From Octopus vulgaris (lineage: Eukaryota): a stretch of 64,000 nt of DNA. Each line of letters begins with the position of its first letter. Position 1 is the stretch's first letter. This document shows, piece after piece, positions 26,841 to 40,100 of this stretch. The stretch spans positions 176,142,001-176,206,000 of the forward strand of contig OX597815.1 of assembly GCA_951406725.2 (NCBI GenBank). The letters are read 5' to 3'. Both the position numbers and the translations under genes were made by a program. Below the pieces are notes generated by a model that did not search any database, was not told where the DNA came from, and saw only the letters and a list, made by a program, of their open reading frames with translations.

Positions 26841-27779
26841 AATTGAGAACACCAACTTATCAAAGAAAATTATCACTGTACGCATACATACATATATATG
26901 CACACATATATGTATTCATAAATACACACACACACATACATATAAGCACACACATTTATACTTATATATACATATATATGCCTGCATATATGCATATACA
27001 TACATGACTGTTTGTGCGCTTTTATCTGTGTGTGAGTGTGTCAGAGCGAGGGAGTGCATATTATGTTTGTGACGTTTATGGTTTTGTGATGTGTGCATAT
27101 AACTGTAGTTGGGAGTTCCGTTAGAACCGGAGCGAACTAGTATTAAAGAAAGATATTCAATGCGTCGAGTGCAAGGTACGCTCATTTATTATGACGATAA
27201 GAGTGACTCTTACAGAATTGCAACAGCGAGGTCCCATGTGTGCGCGTGTGTGTGTGTGATGTATGTGTGTATGTATACACATTTATTTTTACCCATTTAT
27301 GTATATATCCATGCGATTAACGATTCATGAAAAGTATACGCATAAAAAAACACAACTATTAGGGCATGCAACTGAAATTTGCTCCTTACAGCTCTTTCTA
27401 TGTATGAGTGTTTGAATGTGTGAAGGTTTATTAAGCACTGTCTTGGAGACACTCTTGTGAGTTTTAATGGCTGGTATCACTGTCCGAGACAATTTGGGAG
27501 TCATAACAGTCGATTCTCTCTCTAATTTCATGGCGATAAGTAGATAGGAAAGAATACATTGACAGTCTATAACAGAGATAGTATTTCCAGGATTTTTTCT
27601 TGATAACTAATTCAATTTGATTACACAGTCAAAATCCAATCTCTCATTTTCACATAAATCTTTCCATTCTTTGCGCAGTACTTCGTCTTGCAGGTCATTA
27701 GGCCATATAAAATGGTAAATAAAGATTTTACATAAATCTATATCTACATCTCTCGCTCCTTCTCCCACTCACTCTCCAT

Positions 27780-27950
27780 ATATATATATGTGTGTGTGTA
27801 TGTATAAGTGTATATATGTATGTATATAAGCGTTTATGTATATATATATATGTATATAAGTGTTTATGTATATATATATATATATGTATATAAGTGTTTA
27901 TGTATGTATATATATATGTATATAAGTGTTTATGTATGTATATATATATA

Positions 27951-27981
<31 letters not shown>

Positions 27982-27987
27982 AGTGTT

Positions 27988-28039
<52 letters not shown>

Positions 28040-28060
28040 AGTGTTTATATATATATATAC
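27780..28060. repeat. Compound minisatellite: tataagtgtttatg units separated by variable (TA)n
   Basis: About seven occurrences of tataag(t/c)gt(t/a)tat. Confidence 0.85.
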
Positions 28061-28389
28061 ATACAAACATACAATCATAAATGCATACATACATATCTCT
28101 ATTGGCAAGACACCTTGAAATAACACTGAATAATGACAAACATAAATATATTCAATAGCCTCCACGTATCTTTTGTTACATCGACGGGGATTGCTCATAT
28201 TCTTCTTCAAAATAGTGACCAGTGTTTTCTCCACACAGCATTCTAGTCATACTTGTGCGCTTGGGTGCTTTATTATAATATATTTCTGTCCCTCTTTCCT
28301 CTGTGTATTAATGCTACGTCAATAAAATTAACTACTCAAATTTCACCGATCTTCTGCACTTGACTTCCCAGCACAGCTATTATTCAGAA

Positions 28390-28930
28390 GTTTATCTAGA
28401 CATCACTAGACTAGTACTAAATCTATATGCATACTCGTGGAGGACATCATACTCTGATAGGGATATAGTAATGTAGTCCCTTCAGACAGCTTGGCAACAA
28501 ATTCAACACACAGAAGCTGTTTCATAATATGTACTTTATGCTGGAGCCAAGATACATCGTCGAAGTTGCATCTCAAAGAGTTCCTCTCCTTTTCAAACAC
28601 AAAATATGATGGATGGATATATATATATATATATCCTTATCCTGTTACTTCGATCCACCATCTATGTTAGAAAAGAAGTAAGAAATCACACATGTTGAAA
28701 CCGAAACAACATGCTCACTGATACCAGTCTATCGCTCTTTATGCTCTTCTTCCTGCTCTGTGCATATCGCACCACCGCCAAGATACGCTGGCCTCTCCTT
28801 ATCCAATAAACGCTTTTCCATCTTCTTCCTCTCCGAAATTGCATTCCTCTGGGACAATCTTCCTGTCCCTCTTTACGGGTATCAATATAAAGTAGTTGAA
28901 ATTGAACATCCACATCGGCCTCACCAGTAT
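28390..28930 (-). mobile_element. RTE-like LINE remnant, highly decayed
   Basis: Minus-strand traces of FNY(LG)..W.AF and FEMQLRRCIL, resembling the RTE RT C-terminal region. Confidence 0.45.
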
Positions 28931-28991
28931 GGAGGACTTGCAAAGATAATATTATGAAAGAGAGGTAATGAAAAGAGGGAAAAGTGGAAGG

Positions 28992-29042
<51 letters not shown>

Positions 29043-29270
29043 AGAGAGAAAGAAAAAGTGAAATGGAAATTAATATAGATTTCTTTTCGTCTATGTAGCT
29101 GTAAGAACAAATTATATATATACATACATACATTATAATATATATATATATATACATATACACACACACACACAAAGATACATTTGTTAAATATGCGTGT
29201 TCCTATCTTATGTGTGTGTGTATGTATGTATGTATGTATATGGATGTATATATAGAAATGAATACATATA

Positions 29271-29310
<40 letters not shown>

Positions 29311-29930
29311 CATACATACATACATACATACATACATACATACATACACACATGTGCGTGTGTGCGCGCACGCGTATTATACAGCTGTATCTGCGTGTGC
29401 GTTCCTAGATATATTTTTCTTTGTGTACTTGCCAAAGTATGATTTTGGAACCAGAATCGAAAAGCTGAAAAATCTAATCTTATGACGAGCATGTTACCCG
29501 CTAGTCATAGACATGTATATACTAAATTCTACTTACACGTGATAATACAATTACGTGTCTCTGTATGATTGTGATTGTATGTCTGGCAGTATTTCTGCTT
29601 CGAAATAGCTGTGGGTGGAACGTACATAGTTCATTGTATTAGTTTGTGTGCCTAATATGACAAAAGAAAATACGATTTCTACGATACTCAGCTATTGTTT
29701 GCATTAATCCTAAATGCGTTGAAAATTTCGAATAAAACATCAAATATTCATATTGTATGGGAAAGTATCAAGTTTAATCGAAGAAAAGAAGAAAATTTAA
29801 GACAAAAGTATATATTTAAAATTATTATTTATATAACAATATAAACACGTACCAAAATATATGACATTCAACTATATGTTTATGTGTGGGCGTGTGAGAG
29901 TGTAGGCGTGTGTAAAAAATTAAATCCATA

Positions 29931-30302
29931 GGCGCAGGGTTCAGTCCCACTGCGTAGCATCTTGGGCAAGTGTCTTCTACTATAGCCCCGGGCCGACCAA
30001 TGCCTTGTGAGTGGATTTGGTAGACGGAAACTGAAAGAAGCCTGTCGTATATATGTATATATATATATATATGTGTGTGTATGTGTATTTGTGTGTGTGT
30101 GTGTTTGTCCCCCTAACATTGCTTGACAACCGATGCTGGTGTGTTTACGTCCCCGTCACTTAACGGTTCGGCAAAAGAGACCGATAGAATAAGTACTGGG
30201 CTTACAAAGAATAAGTCCCGTGGTCGGTTTTTTTCGACTAAAGGCGGTGCTCCAGCATGGCCGCAGTCAAATGACTGAAATGAGTAAAAGAGTAAAAGAG
30301 TA
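29931..30302 (+). mobile_element. SINE family A, near full length, with internal microsatellite and LINE-like tail
   Basis: B box ggttcagtccc, body gggcaagtgtcttctactatagcc..., (TA)n(TG)n, tail ggcggtgctccagcatggccgcagtcaaatgactgaaa plus (gtaaaaga)n. Confidence 0.9.
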
Positions 30303-31195
30303 TATTTACAACATGTGTGTGTGTGTGTACAGGTTTCGCTTGTGCAATATGTCAAAGATAATAATTATCTTTTCAACATTAAGTTTCTTGTTTTGTCCAT
30401 TCATTGATATTCGTTTCAAAGTACATTGTTATGAAACACTATTACACTTTATTCACAAACCCTTCCAATTTCCTTTCTCTGTTTTTTTTTTTTTTTTTTT
30501 ACTGTTACAGCTGTTGATTAATTTTTTAATGATTGTTTAATCAGTTTCGAGATTTTTGTGATTTATTACGATTTCTTTACGATGTTGCGTTGTTGTCTTT
30601 AAGTAAAGAAAGGAATCTTAAGAAGTATTCTTATTTCATAAATGTTAGTTTCTATAATAAGTACTTTTCGGTCAATTAGCTCAAATAGAAACCCACAATT
30701 TCTGGGAATTATTAGTCAACATTATTTAGAAATCTGTTAACATTTATTCTGTGCAATGTTTGGTAATTGTGTTTTTTTTCCTTTTTGAGTTTTGTTTTAA
30801 AACAAAAAAGAATAACTGAATAAATCATATCTACTAAATGCAAATACAACTTTTCCTTATTATTTATTTACTTCAATGTATGTTTTATTATTTTTGTAAT
30901 AATTTTTTTCTAAGCAACAGCATTTGATGTATTACATGAAATAAAGAGAAAAATGATCATGTCGGGATGAAAACAAAATACAATTTTGCAGTGGGAATAT
31001 TAAATCTTAGACAAAATTTTAATATTTTCTTGTCATAAAAAAATCCGGAGCACCAATGAGATCCTTCCTTGCCAATTTCGCGATATCAATTTCTGGTTAG
31101 TTCAAATATGATATACTTATTTAATCATATTATTTTCTGGTATAGACACAATTCTAACATTTTCTCCCCGTCTCTATCTATCTATATACCTACCT

Positions 31196-31246
<51 letters not shown>

Positions 31247-31255
31247 CAGACACGT

Positions 31256-33600
31256 CTTTTTTGTTTCAGCTAGGAACTGTGGCCATGCTGGAATACCGCC
31301 GTTTTGCTATACTGTTATTACTGAGAGCCTCCTCTAATATGTGGCACTTGGTGAAGAATGGAGTTTGATGTCGCTACTCTCACTTGCACCTCCTGCCGTG
31401 AGGTAAGTTCATCTGGGAGTCTTAACAGGAAGAGGTCAAACCTTGATTTAAACTTTGTGCAGGTTCCTCAGGCTCTTTGGGAGAATATTGAAAAGCTGTG
31501 GGCCCCTGAAACCCAGGCTGTTGCAGTAACTGGTCCTGAAGCGCGATGGTATTGCTGCGATCTTTGGCACTATGCAATGTCGACCCGTTCTGGCATTAGT
31601 GTAACTTTCAATGCCAAAATTTGGCACAATTGCTTCCAGGATCATCCAGATGTATATTACTGCATATCTCTCCCGTCTTCGCTCCAGGGAGTAGAATCTT
31701 AGCTGTTTCAGCCTTTCTCAGTAGCTGAGCTGTTGCAATGAGACGATCTTCTTTGTGAAGCTTCGCTAGATTGCTTCAAGGTCCCTTCTTTATTTTACAC
31801 TGTTAGGTGGCCATAGCTGGGAGCAGTAATCCAGAGGACCATCATGGTTTCCTTATCTCTGGTTCTGAATGTTCTTTTGATCCATCAAGCCAGTCGTCTA
31901 CACTTTGTCGCCATCCTGGTAATGTGCACTTAGAAAGAGGTATTATCACTCATGTCGATATCCAAGTCCCTCACTGATTTAGGGTCTGGGATTGTAATAC
32001 TCAGTGGACCAGTGGACCCTGTAAGTTTCATATTCAGTGTTGGATGCTGGTAGCACAGGGCTTGGAAATTTTCAGCATTAAACTGCATATTATCTTCAGC
32101 CCATTGTAAACTGAGTCTACCTCCTGCTGCAGGAGGGCAACATCGCTGCGGTTCTGTATTTTCGTATCATCTGCATAGCTAGCAAGGGTGGCTATCCGGG
32201 CAGTTGAGGACATATCTGAGAGGGCCACTAAGAAAAGCAGTGGTCCCAAGACAGTGCCCTGTGGAACACCACTCACTATTTGTGTTTTCATTGAGGTGGC
32301 TCAATTGGCCACTACTGCCTGACTTCTATCTTTCAGAAAGTCATGTAACCACTCTCCATGTTTTCCAGCTATTCCGAGATCACGAAGTTTGTGGCATATC
32401 ATACCATGATCCACTTTATCAAAATCTTTTGCAAAATCAAAGTATATTAAGTCCATATTTGAATTGTTGAGTAACTGCCTCAGCAACCAGTCATAATGTT
32501 GTAAGAGCTGGGTCAGACAGCTCCTACCTGGTCGAAAGCCAAGCTGGGTATCACTCAGCAAGTTATTTTCTTCAAGGAATGCGATTAGTTTCCCCCTGAC
32601 TATCTGTTCCATGACTTTGCTCATGTGTGAAGTCAGAGAGATAGGCCTATAGTTTTTGGCATCTGCTCTGCTTCCCCTTTATGGATTGGGTATATTATTC
32701 CTTCCTTCAACTTGCTTGCCAGTCAGCCATTTGCAAGAAAGCTCTGGAAGAGAATCTGGAGGGGTTTCGCCAGAGCACGCTTACACGATTTGAGAAGGAT
32801 TGCTGGGAAGTTTGCGTCCATCTCATCTATGGCTAATAGTATATCTGCTTCGCTAATGTCGATGTATTCCATCGTAATTGCCTCGCTGGTTATAGGTGAG
32901 GCGGCAAAGAAGTCCACTGGTTCGTTCACTTGTTCGTATTTCAACGGGGTGGTAAAGACACTTTTGAACTGGTCATTCAGTACCTTACTGATCTTAGTTG
33001 GACTGTCTGTGAGGGAGCCATCCTTTTGGAGGAGGGGTCCTATCTTGCGTACTGTGGCTGTTTCTTTCGCATAATGAAAGAAGGCCTTTGGGTTTGACTT
33101 AATGTTTTTATAACCCAGGCTTCTTTGTCTGCTTTCTCCCTCACATAGGATTGTTGCAGCCTTTTTTCGATCTCCATCAGTGTAGTTTTTAGGTGGGATC
33201 TTTCGCTACTTTTGGGATGTTGGTTGAGGCGATTTGCATCCTTCATCCGTCGTCTCATGAGGATCTTCCTCTTCCTTGGAATCTTGCTCCTATTTGATTT
33301 GGCCTTGTACTCTGGGACATATTGCTGGAATATGGCTTGCATAACAGACATGAAATATTCTAGTTTCATGCCAATGCCTGGTGTGGAGACATTTCGGCTA
33401 GTCGTGTCTGACGATCTCTTTTCGGATCGATTTCCAATCTGCTTTGTGGAAGTTCAGATTGGAGAGATTTTGGCTGCTTCTTTAAGGCTGTATGTCTCTT
33501 GCTACTTTCGGCCCAAACATAGTCAGCTCTATTATGTTGTAATCCGAGACTAATGTCGGCGTCACTTTCACGATGTCGATATTCCGAAACAGAGGTCACG
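31256..33600 (-). mobile_element. CR1/L2-like LINE, 5'-truncated, frameshifted RT
   Basis: RT motifs GFRPGRSCLTQLL, DFAKDFDKVDH, SGVPQGTVLGPLLFL and YADDTK are spread over several ORF fragments. Confidence 0.93.
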
Positions 33601-33998
33601 ACAGTGACAAATTGTTTTCTGATAATGCAAACTTCTTAAATAGTTAATACATATAACTTTGGAAGCATATGCTATGAGATATGAATTAAGTAACGCAAAA
33701 AGTATGATACAGATGACTGCAGGGAATACTATTCATTATTCTAAAATTGGAAGTATCGAAACAAGAGAAAAATTGAAAAGTAATTAAGTAGATTAAAAGA
33801 GGCCAAAAGAGAGAGAGAAAAAAATCAACTGCAGGTACGTATATCTACAATATAACAATTTTGGTATGATTATAATTAAAATTATATAACATAACCGGTG
33901 TCATGGCTGTGTGATAAGAAGTTTGCCTCGCAACTATATGGTTCCGGGTTCAGTCAATTCACACGCAAACATATACACAAAACGGTACTGCTTTGGCC

Positions 33999-34260
33999 TG
34001 TGATCTACAAGGGAAGTTATTTTAGGTTACTTTTCAATTTCTAACATAAAGTAAACTAAAGAGTAACCTAAAGTAATCTCCCTTTAAAAACGTAGATCAC
34101 ACAACGTGCTGGTTTCTTGTAAAAAGCAACAGCCTTCGTCTCGTTGCTGATCACATTGTAAAAATCTAAGCCTACATCTTACAGGGTTTTAGAAATTGAA
34201 AGGTAAACTTAAAAAGCAACCTAAAGTATATATGTGCGCGCATCTCCATTGTAGATCACA
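33999..34260. mobile_element. MITE-like element with TIRs tgtgatctacaa/ttgtagatcaca and a nested internal TIR copy
   Basis: The left end 33999-34044 is inverted both to about 34060-34101 and to about 34190-34260. Confidence 0.65.
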
Positions 34261-34327
34261 TGCACCCACAAAACATTCATCCACAACAAGCATTTACAAA
34301 CTTGATATAGCGCGTAAAAAGCGGTGA

Positions 34328-34732
34328 AAGGCGACGAGCTGGTAGAAAAGTTGGCACGCGGAGCGAAATGCTTAGCGGTATTTTGTCTGTCTTTATGTTC
34401 TGAGTTCAAATTCCGCCGAGGTCGACTTTATCTTTCATCCTTTCTAGGTCGATAAATTAAGTACCATTTGCGTACTGAGGTCGATCTAATCGACTGGCCC
34501 CCTCCTCAAAAATGTCGGGCCCTGTGCCTAATGTAGAAAAGAATAGTAAGGCGGTGAGCCAGCAAAACGGTTATTACGCTGGACAAAATGATTAGCGGTG
34601 TATCGTCTGTCTTTACGTTCAGAGTTCGAATTCCGCCGAAGCCTCCTTTGCGTTTCATCCTTTCGGAATCGATCAAATAAGTAGCAGTTGAGCACTCTCC
34701 CGGACATTCTGGCCTTGTGCCAAAGTTCAAAA
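34328..34732 (+). mobile_element. Two tandem SINE family B copies
   Basis: Heads at about 34328 and 34549, each followed by gagttc(a/g)aattccgccga. Confidence 0.82.
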
Positions 34733-35306
34733 TCAATCTAACACTCAAATCACATGCATACAACCGTAACAACATATTACAGCAACCTCGAGCCCCCAAA
34801 CAATCCACCTACATTCACACATCCTGTTATCAAAATATTCCCGCACAGACATTTATTGCAAGCATACACAAACATGTATATACGCAAAACCAATACACAA
34901 ATACTTTTAACTCGATATACACATTCTACAAACACTGGAAGCGGACACACACAATCTTGCTACAAAAGAAACAAAACGGCCAACACATGTGCATACACTC
35001 ACTCTAAACATATTCAAATGTTAATTTGTGTTTCCTTCGATGATGACGAACTTGAATCTGAAACTTTAAAGACTTCTCTGCTTCTTTGAGTGTTAATCCA
35101 ATCCAAAGCTTTTATCTTGTCTTTGGTGTTGTTGTTTCATTCTAAAAGGAGAGTGAAATTTATTGCAAATTTCATTTTGACTGGGACTTTAATTTTCGTC
35201 TGATAGCTAATTTTATTAGGCATTAATTGAATAAGCCGTCAGGAGAAACTTACAGCGAAGTTAGAACGAATTATATAATTTGCGTTTTTTTCTGTTTGCT
35301 TGCATG

Positions 35307-35360
<54 letters not shown>

Positions 35361-35363
35361 TGA

Positions 35364-35587
35364 AGGTGCGTGGCTTAGTGGTTGGGGTATTCGGTTCACG
35401 ACCTCACAGTCGTGAGTTCAACTCCCGGCACCGCAGTGTGTCCTTGAGCAAGACACTTTATTTCAAAGGGCCAGCCTTGTCACATACTGTGTCACGCTGA
35501 ATCTCCCCGAGAACTACGTTAAGGGTACATGTGGCTGTGGAGTGCACAGCCACCTGTACGTCAATTTCTCGAGCAAGCTGTCCCGTT
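35364..35587 (+). mobile_element. SINE family C (tRNA head)
   Basis: A box tggcttagtgg, B box gagttcaactcc, then gtccttgagcaagacactt. Its 3' part matches about 18710-18782 in reverse. Confidence 0.8.
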
Positions 35588-35614
35588 ATATATATATATA
35601 TAAAACACACTAAG

Positions 35615-36275
35615 TCAAAATTTATACGCACTCATGTTTCTGTAATTTGCTAAAACAAAAGTAGGCGTTGAACAATTCCATCACGTTCGACCATAGTCTC
35701 CTTGCTTTAAGATGCACTTCTTCCACAAGCTTTTTCATTCCACCGGAGAAAAAGATTTTCGGCTGGTCACTTCCTGCGCTTCTTTGTCCGTAACAGATTG
35801 ATTACCTTGTAAAGGATGTTTGAGTGTTCCAAAGAGGTGAGTGTACAAAAAGGAGCGAGATCTGGAGTATATGTAGAGTGTTGCTGCAAATTTGACAAAA
35901 GTTCTCGGTGTTAGGTGCCAATTGTTGGTTTCAGTTTGTTGGCCAGTATTTCCCTTTACAGAAGAGAAGCTTGTCTTGAACCGTGTCTAATTCGCAGAGA
36001 ACATGCCACGTCATCAATGTTCACTGATCGGTTCGCCAGATCCATCGCTCGAGTTTAGTGAATCTTCAAGTCAGTGGTGGACGCTGATGGGCGTCCTGCT
36101 TCGTTTTCTTGCTTCTCCGGCCTTTTTAAAGGTCCCAATCTACTCAGACACTCTTCTACGCTGTAAAACAGCTGGGTCTGTATTGTACTCAAAGCCTGTG
36201 ACAAATTTCAGCCCCTGACAAACCTGACTAGAGAAACTGAATCACTGTTCTTCGCTGGTACACACTGTCAGTAGA
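35615..36275 (-). mobile_element. Internally deleted copy of the 2.2-3.3 kb mariner
   Basis: 35615-35945 is the reverse complement of about 2860-3290 with deletions; 36070-36270 matches about 2200-2390. Confidence 0.85.
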
Positions 36276-36327
36276 GCAGCCATGTTTACTCTGTAAAGGT
36301 GCACTATAACAAAAACAAAAACCATCA

Positions 36328-36680
36328 GGTGTTAGAGTTGGCGGATTTCAGGAGGCATAGAAATTGTGAAGGATGTAGTGTCTCGACAGCTTTCGACTGA
36401 TGCGGCTAGTTTATTCCATGCTTCAACAATTCTGAGCGTGAAAAAATGTTTCCGAAAGTCATGGATGCTGTGCTGTTTTTTGATCTTATGAGCATGTCCA
36501 GGAGCGTTAGACCCATGAAATTCAAGAATGTACCCAAGGTTGTTGTTGGAAAGATGGTGGATAATCTTGTGGATATCTATTGAACCAGTTGCTAGACGTC
36601 TGAGCTTCAATGTCCCCGTGCCCAGGGAAGCAAGACGTTCAGAATATGGTAGATGCCTGACGGCGTGTATAAATACTAAT
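36328..36680 (-). mobile_element. CR1-like LINE 3' fragment, second family
   Basis: LPYSERLASLG..TLKLRRL..GHAHKI..FRKHFFTLRIVEAWNKL. Confidence 0.85.
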
Positions 36681-37860
36681 TTCAACTAACTATTAAAATT
36701 ATTAAAATTCAATCTTATATATGCACAGAAAAATCTTAACATAATACATTTAAAGTATTTCAATAATTATCTTTCTTGGTATGAATATTTTCATTTTTAA
36801 ATCATCTTTTTTTATTTTCCCTCTTCCTCTAAAAAAGCTACCGTGACAATTTTTTTTTATATTGACGTTTATCAAATTAAACTGTTCCTCATACCATAAA
36901 TGCGTAATAAGCTATCATTTTAACAATCTATGATTTGACTTTTAATCTAACAAAGCAATAAAACCTTATTTTAAAATGTTCTTAAATTGTTTCAAAACAA
37001 ATTTTCTAAATTTTCTGAAAGTTGCAACTTAATATCTTATGCCGACAATATTCTTTCTGTCGTCATCGCCATCATCATCATCATCATCATCAAGGTTCTA
37101 ACTTGTTAAACATTAAATATCAAATTTGCGCTTTCAGTTCAAAAATGTTAAGTTCGATAAAATACATCTTAAATAAATAAAATACTGAAGTCAATTCAAT
37201 CGACTACATTTTTACTGAAAATATTGTGGAATTTCTGTTCTGAAGTTTTTTTATCTTTTCACCATTCTCCAACAGACTTATTCACCCTCAAATGATGCAC
37301 CTTCTTTTCGTCAGGCTTTGTAGTATTATCTATTCAGAGCACAGGACTCTGCTTGTCGACTACGTTTGCTTTCACATGAGGTTTATTTTGTTGTTTCTGT
37401 TGCTTTATTGTTTTATCTTATATGACTTTGAAATACGCCATTGAATGGCAATTATTTTTCGAATGTCTTGCGTTACTTGTTTTATACTGACTACTATCGA
37501 AAGAATTTGTCCGTGTTGTTTGTTAAGAAGCGATTGTACGGTACATGCCGTGTGCGTAATTTAATGTTCTGTTATTAATATCGGTATCATTTCTGCTTTA
37601 AATTTCATATTCCACATTAATATTTCCATTTCAGAAACTCTGATAATTTTTCTTCATCCTTCCAGACGTTACGATCATTAAATAGGATTGAAGTACCATT
37701 CAGGTGACAGAGGTTCTTGTTCTTATTCCTGAGATTTACTTGATTATTGCACCTGTGTGTTCACCTGAGTTTTCTCGTTATTCGAAACAAGGCTACTCCT
37801 GAGTATCGTAGCCAGATCTGTTTAATATAATGCTTCCTGTACACACTTAAAGTGACGTCC

Positions 37861-38443
37861 AAGCGTGGCTGTGTGATAAGAAGCTTGCATCTCAAGTGTA
37901 AGGTTCCGGATTCAGTCCCATCGCGTGACACCTTGGGCAAGTGTCTTCTACTATAGCCTCGGGCCGACCAAAGCCTTGTATGTGAATTTGATAGACGGAA
38001 ATTGAAAAGAGCCCGTCGTATATACTCTCTCTTTACTCTTTTATTTGTTTCAGTTATTTGACTGCGGCTATGCTGGAGCGCCACCTTTAGTAGAGCAAAT
38101 CGACCCCGGGACTTATTCTTTGTAAGCCCAGTACTTATTCTATCGGTCTCTTTTGCCGAACCGCTAAGTGACGGGGACGTAAACACACCAGCATCGGTTG
38201 TCAAGCAATGCTAGGGGGACAAACACACACACACAAACAAATACACATACACACACATATATATATATATATACATATATACGACAGGCTTCTTTCAGTT
38301 TCCGTCTACCAAATCCACTCACAAGGCATTGGTCGGCTCGGGGCTATAGCAGAAGACACTTGCCCAAGATGCCACGCAGTGGGACTGAACCCGCAACCAT
38401 GTGGTTGGTTAGCAAGCTACTTACCACAGAGCCACTCCTGCGC
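37861..38443. mobile_element. SINE family A fold-back: + strand 5' half (37861-38022) abutting a full minus-strand copy (38027-38443)
   Basis: 37861-38022 is the imperfect reverse complement of about 38280-38440. Confidence 0.88.
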
Positions 38444-39712
38444 CATACATATATTCATATGTATGTGTGTGTGTGCCTCTTTGTGACTGTGACTGTTCGT
38501 CCCCCACCCATCGCCTTAAGTCTGAATTTAAAACTGCAGCAAAATCTTTAAAACTGTACTGAGGGCAACAGCGATGAACACCCATGACAGCATGTCTTCA
38601 GTCCACTTACTTGGTTATATGTTGGGAACATTCTCCATCATCTGTTCAACAGCGACAACCATACTTTCATATGAGTCTTCCATTCACTGGCTTGTGTTTA
38701 GAATTCCTGATTGTTTGCTGGACTTCACTTTATTCATATAACTGAAGCCGAAAAAATTCTATTTGTAACGTCAGTAATATTGCGCACAGAACTGATAATG
38801 AGGTCACGTTATTTTCTTACTACTACTACTACTACTACTTTTTAATGTTTACCGTTTATGTAAACACAGTAGATAATAGTTATTGAAAAGTACTAGAATT
38901 TGCCGTTGCCTAACAGAACTCCTGTTATATACTTTATCTTGGTTATCACCAAAGGCTTGTGCTTGCTTCTCTTCAAATCACTTTTGTGCAAACAAATTTA
39001 GAATTCGCACGTTTTAATCTTCGTTGTGTCCACGAACAGACTTATGTTCTTGTCCATGAAGTAGTATAGTTTATCTCGAATTCTTCTCTACTATATTAGG
39101 TATTCAGTATTTGCATGTTATAAATCAATATTTTTCTCTCTTATTTGTTACACATTTTAAGTCGTTTTCTTTTATTTCGATTGCTTACAGTCATATGAAG
39201 CACAAAGCACATTAGATCGAAGATGGTACCGAGGAGATTTCTCATAATTTTTCCATATTTTAACTTATCAATGTTTTATAAACTGCAATTTTCGACATTA
39301 TGTGCCTAGTCTCCAGTTTTCTTCTCCAGTTTACTTTTATTAGACTATCCATTTAAGGATTATGTTTAAGCTGGCCTTGATCTTATTACTTCACATAGTG
39401 TAACCTCTGGGTGGTTTTTATCTAATGTTTTCTCTCTTATACGTAAATCTTGGAGAAAAGACGCAGAAATCATCAAACTTTGAAAGATGAATGAGTTTGG
39501 AGTATCACCAGAAATATTGAACAAAAATAGATCTGTGAAGCACTTCTTCTAATTACTACATATCCCAGGTTTGTGCCATCTACATAAAATCTTATCATGC
39601 TCTGATAAGTCGTAAATGGTTCGATAATCTGTAATCAATCCAGTCATGTATACATTTGTAAATTTCAAAATTTCTAATGAAGTATTAGTAAAATAATAAT
39701 TCGCTTAGACGA

Positions 39713-39890
39713 ACAGGAGTGGCTGTGTGACAAGAGGTTGGCTTCTCAACGTCATTGTTCCATGTTTAGTCTTACACCGGTACTTTGAGCAAATGTCTTC
39801 TCTTATAACCTTCTGCCGATCAAAATCTTCTGGGTGGATATGGTAGACGGAAACTTAAAGACACCCACCGCATATGTGCGTGTGTGTGTG
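39713..39890 (+). mobile_element. SINE family A, 5' half, decayed
   Basis: caggagtggctgtgtg..ggatatggtagacggaaact. Confidence 0.7.
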
Positions 39891-40100
39891 TATACAGCAT
39901 TAAGAAAATGAAGGGGATCAAGAGGTGCTATTCATCAACTTTTAGACATTATATAATGTCTATTTATTTAAAAAAATAAACAATTATAACAAGATACATA
40001 CATGTATAACATATCATGCTTTACATATATAATATATAAAACATAAAATTACCAGTAATTATTAAAATATATAACGTAGGGCATAGAAGGTAGGGTAGTA

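Noticed and set aside
27780-28060. CRISPR-like repeat-spacer array
   Set aside because: The spacers are just variable (TA)n, the context is eukaryotic, and there are no cas genes.
37761-38551. Recurring ORFs such as RLPNPLTRHWSARGYSRRHLPK suggesting a gene family
   Set aside because: They are translations of SINE family A copies.
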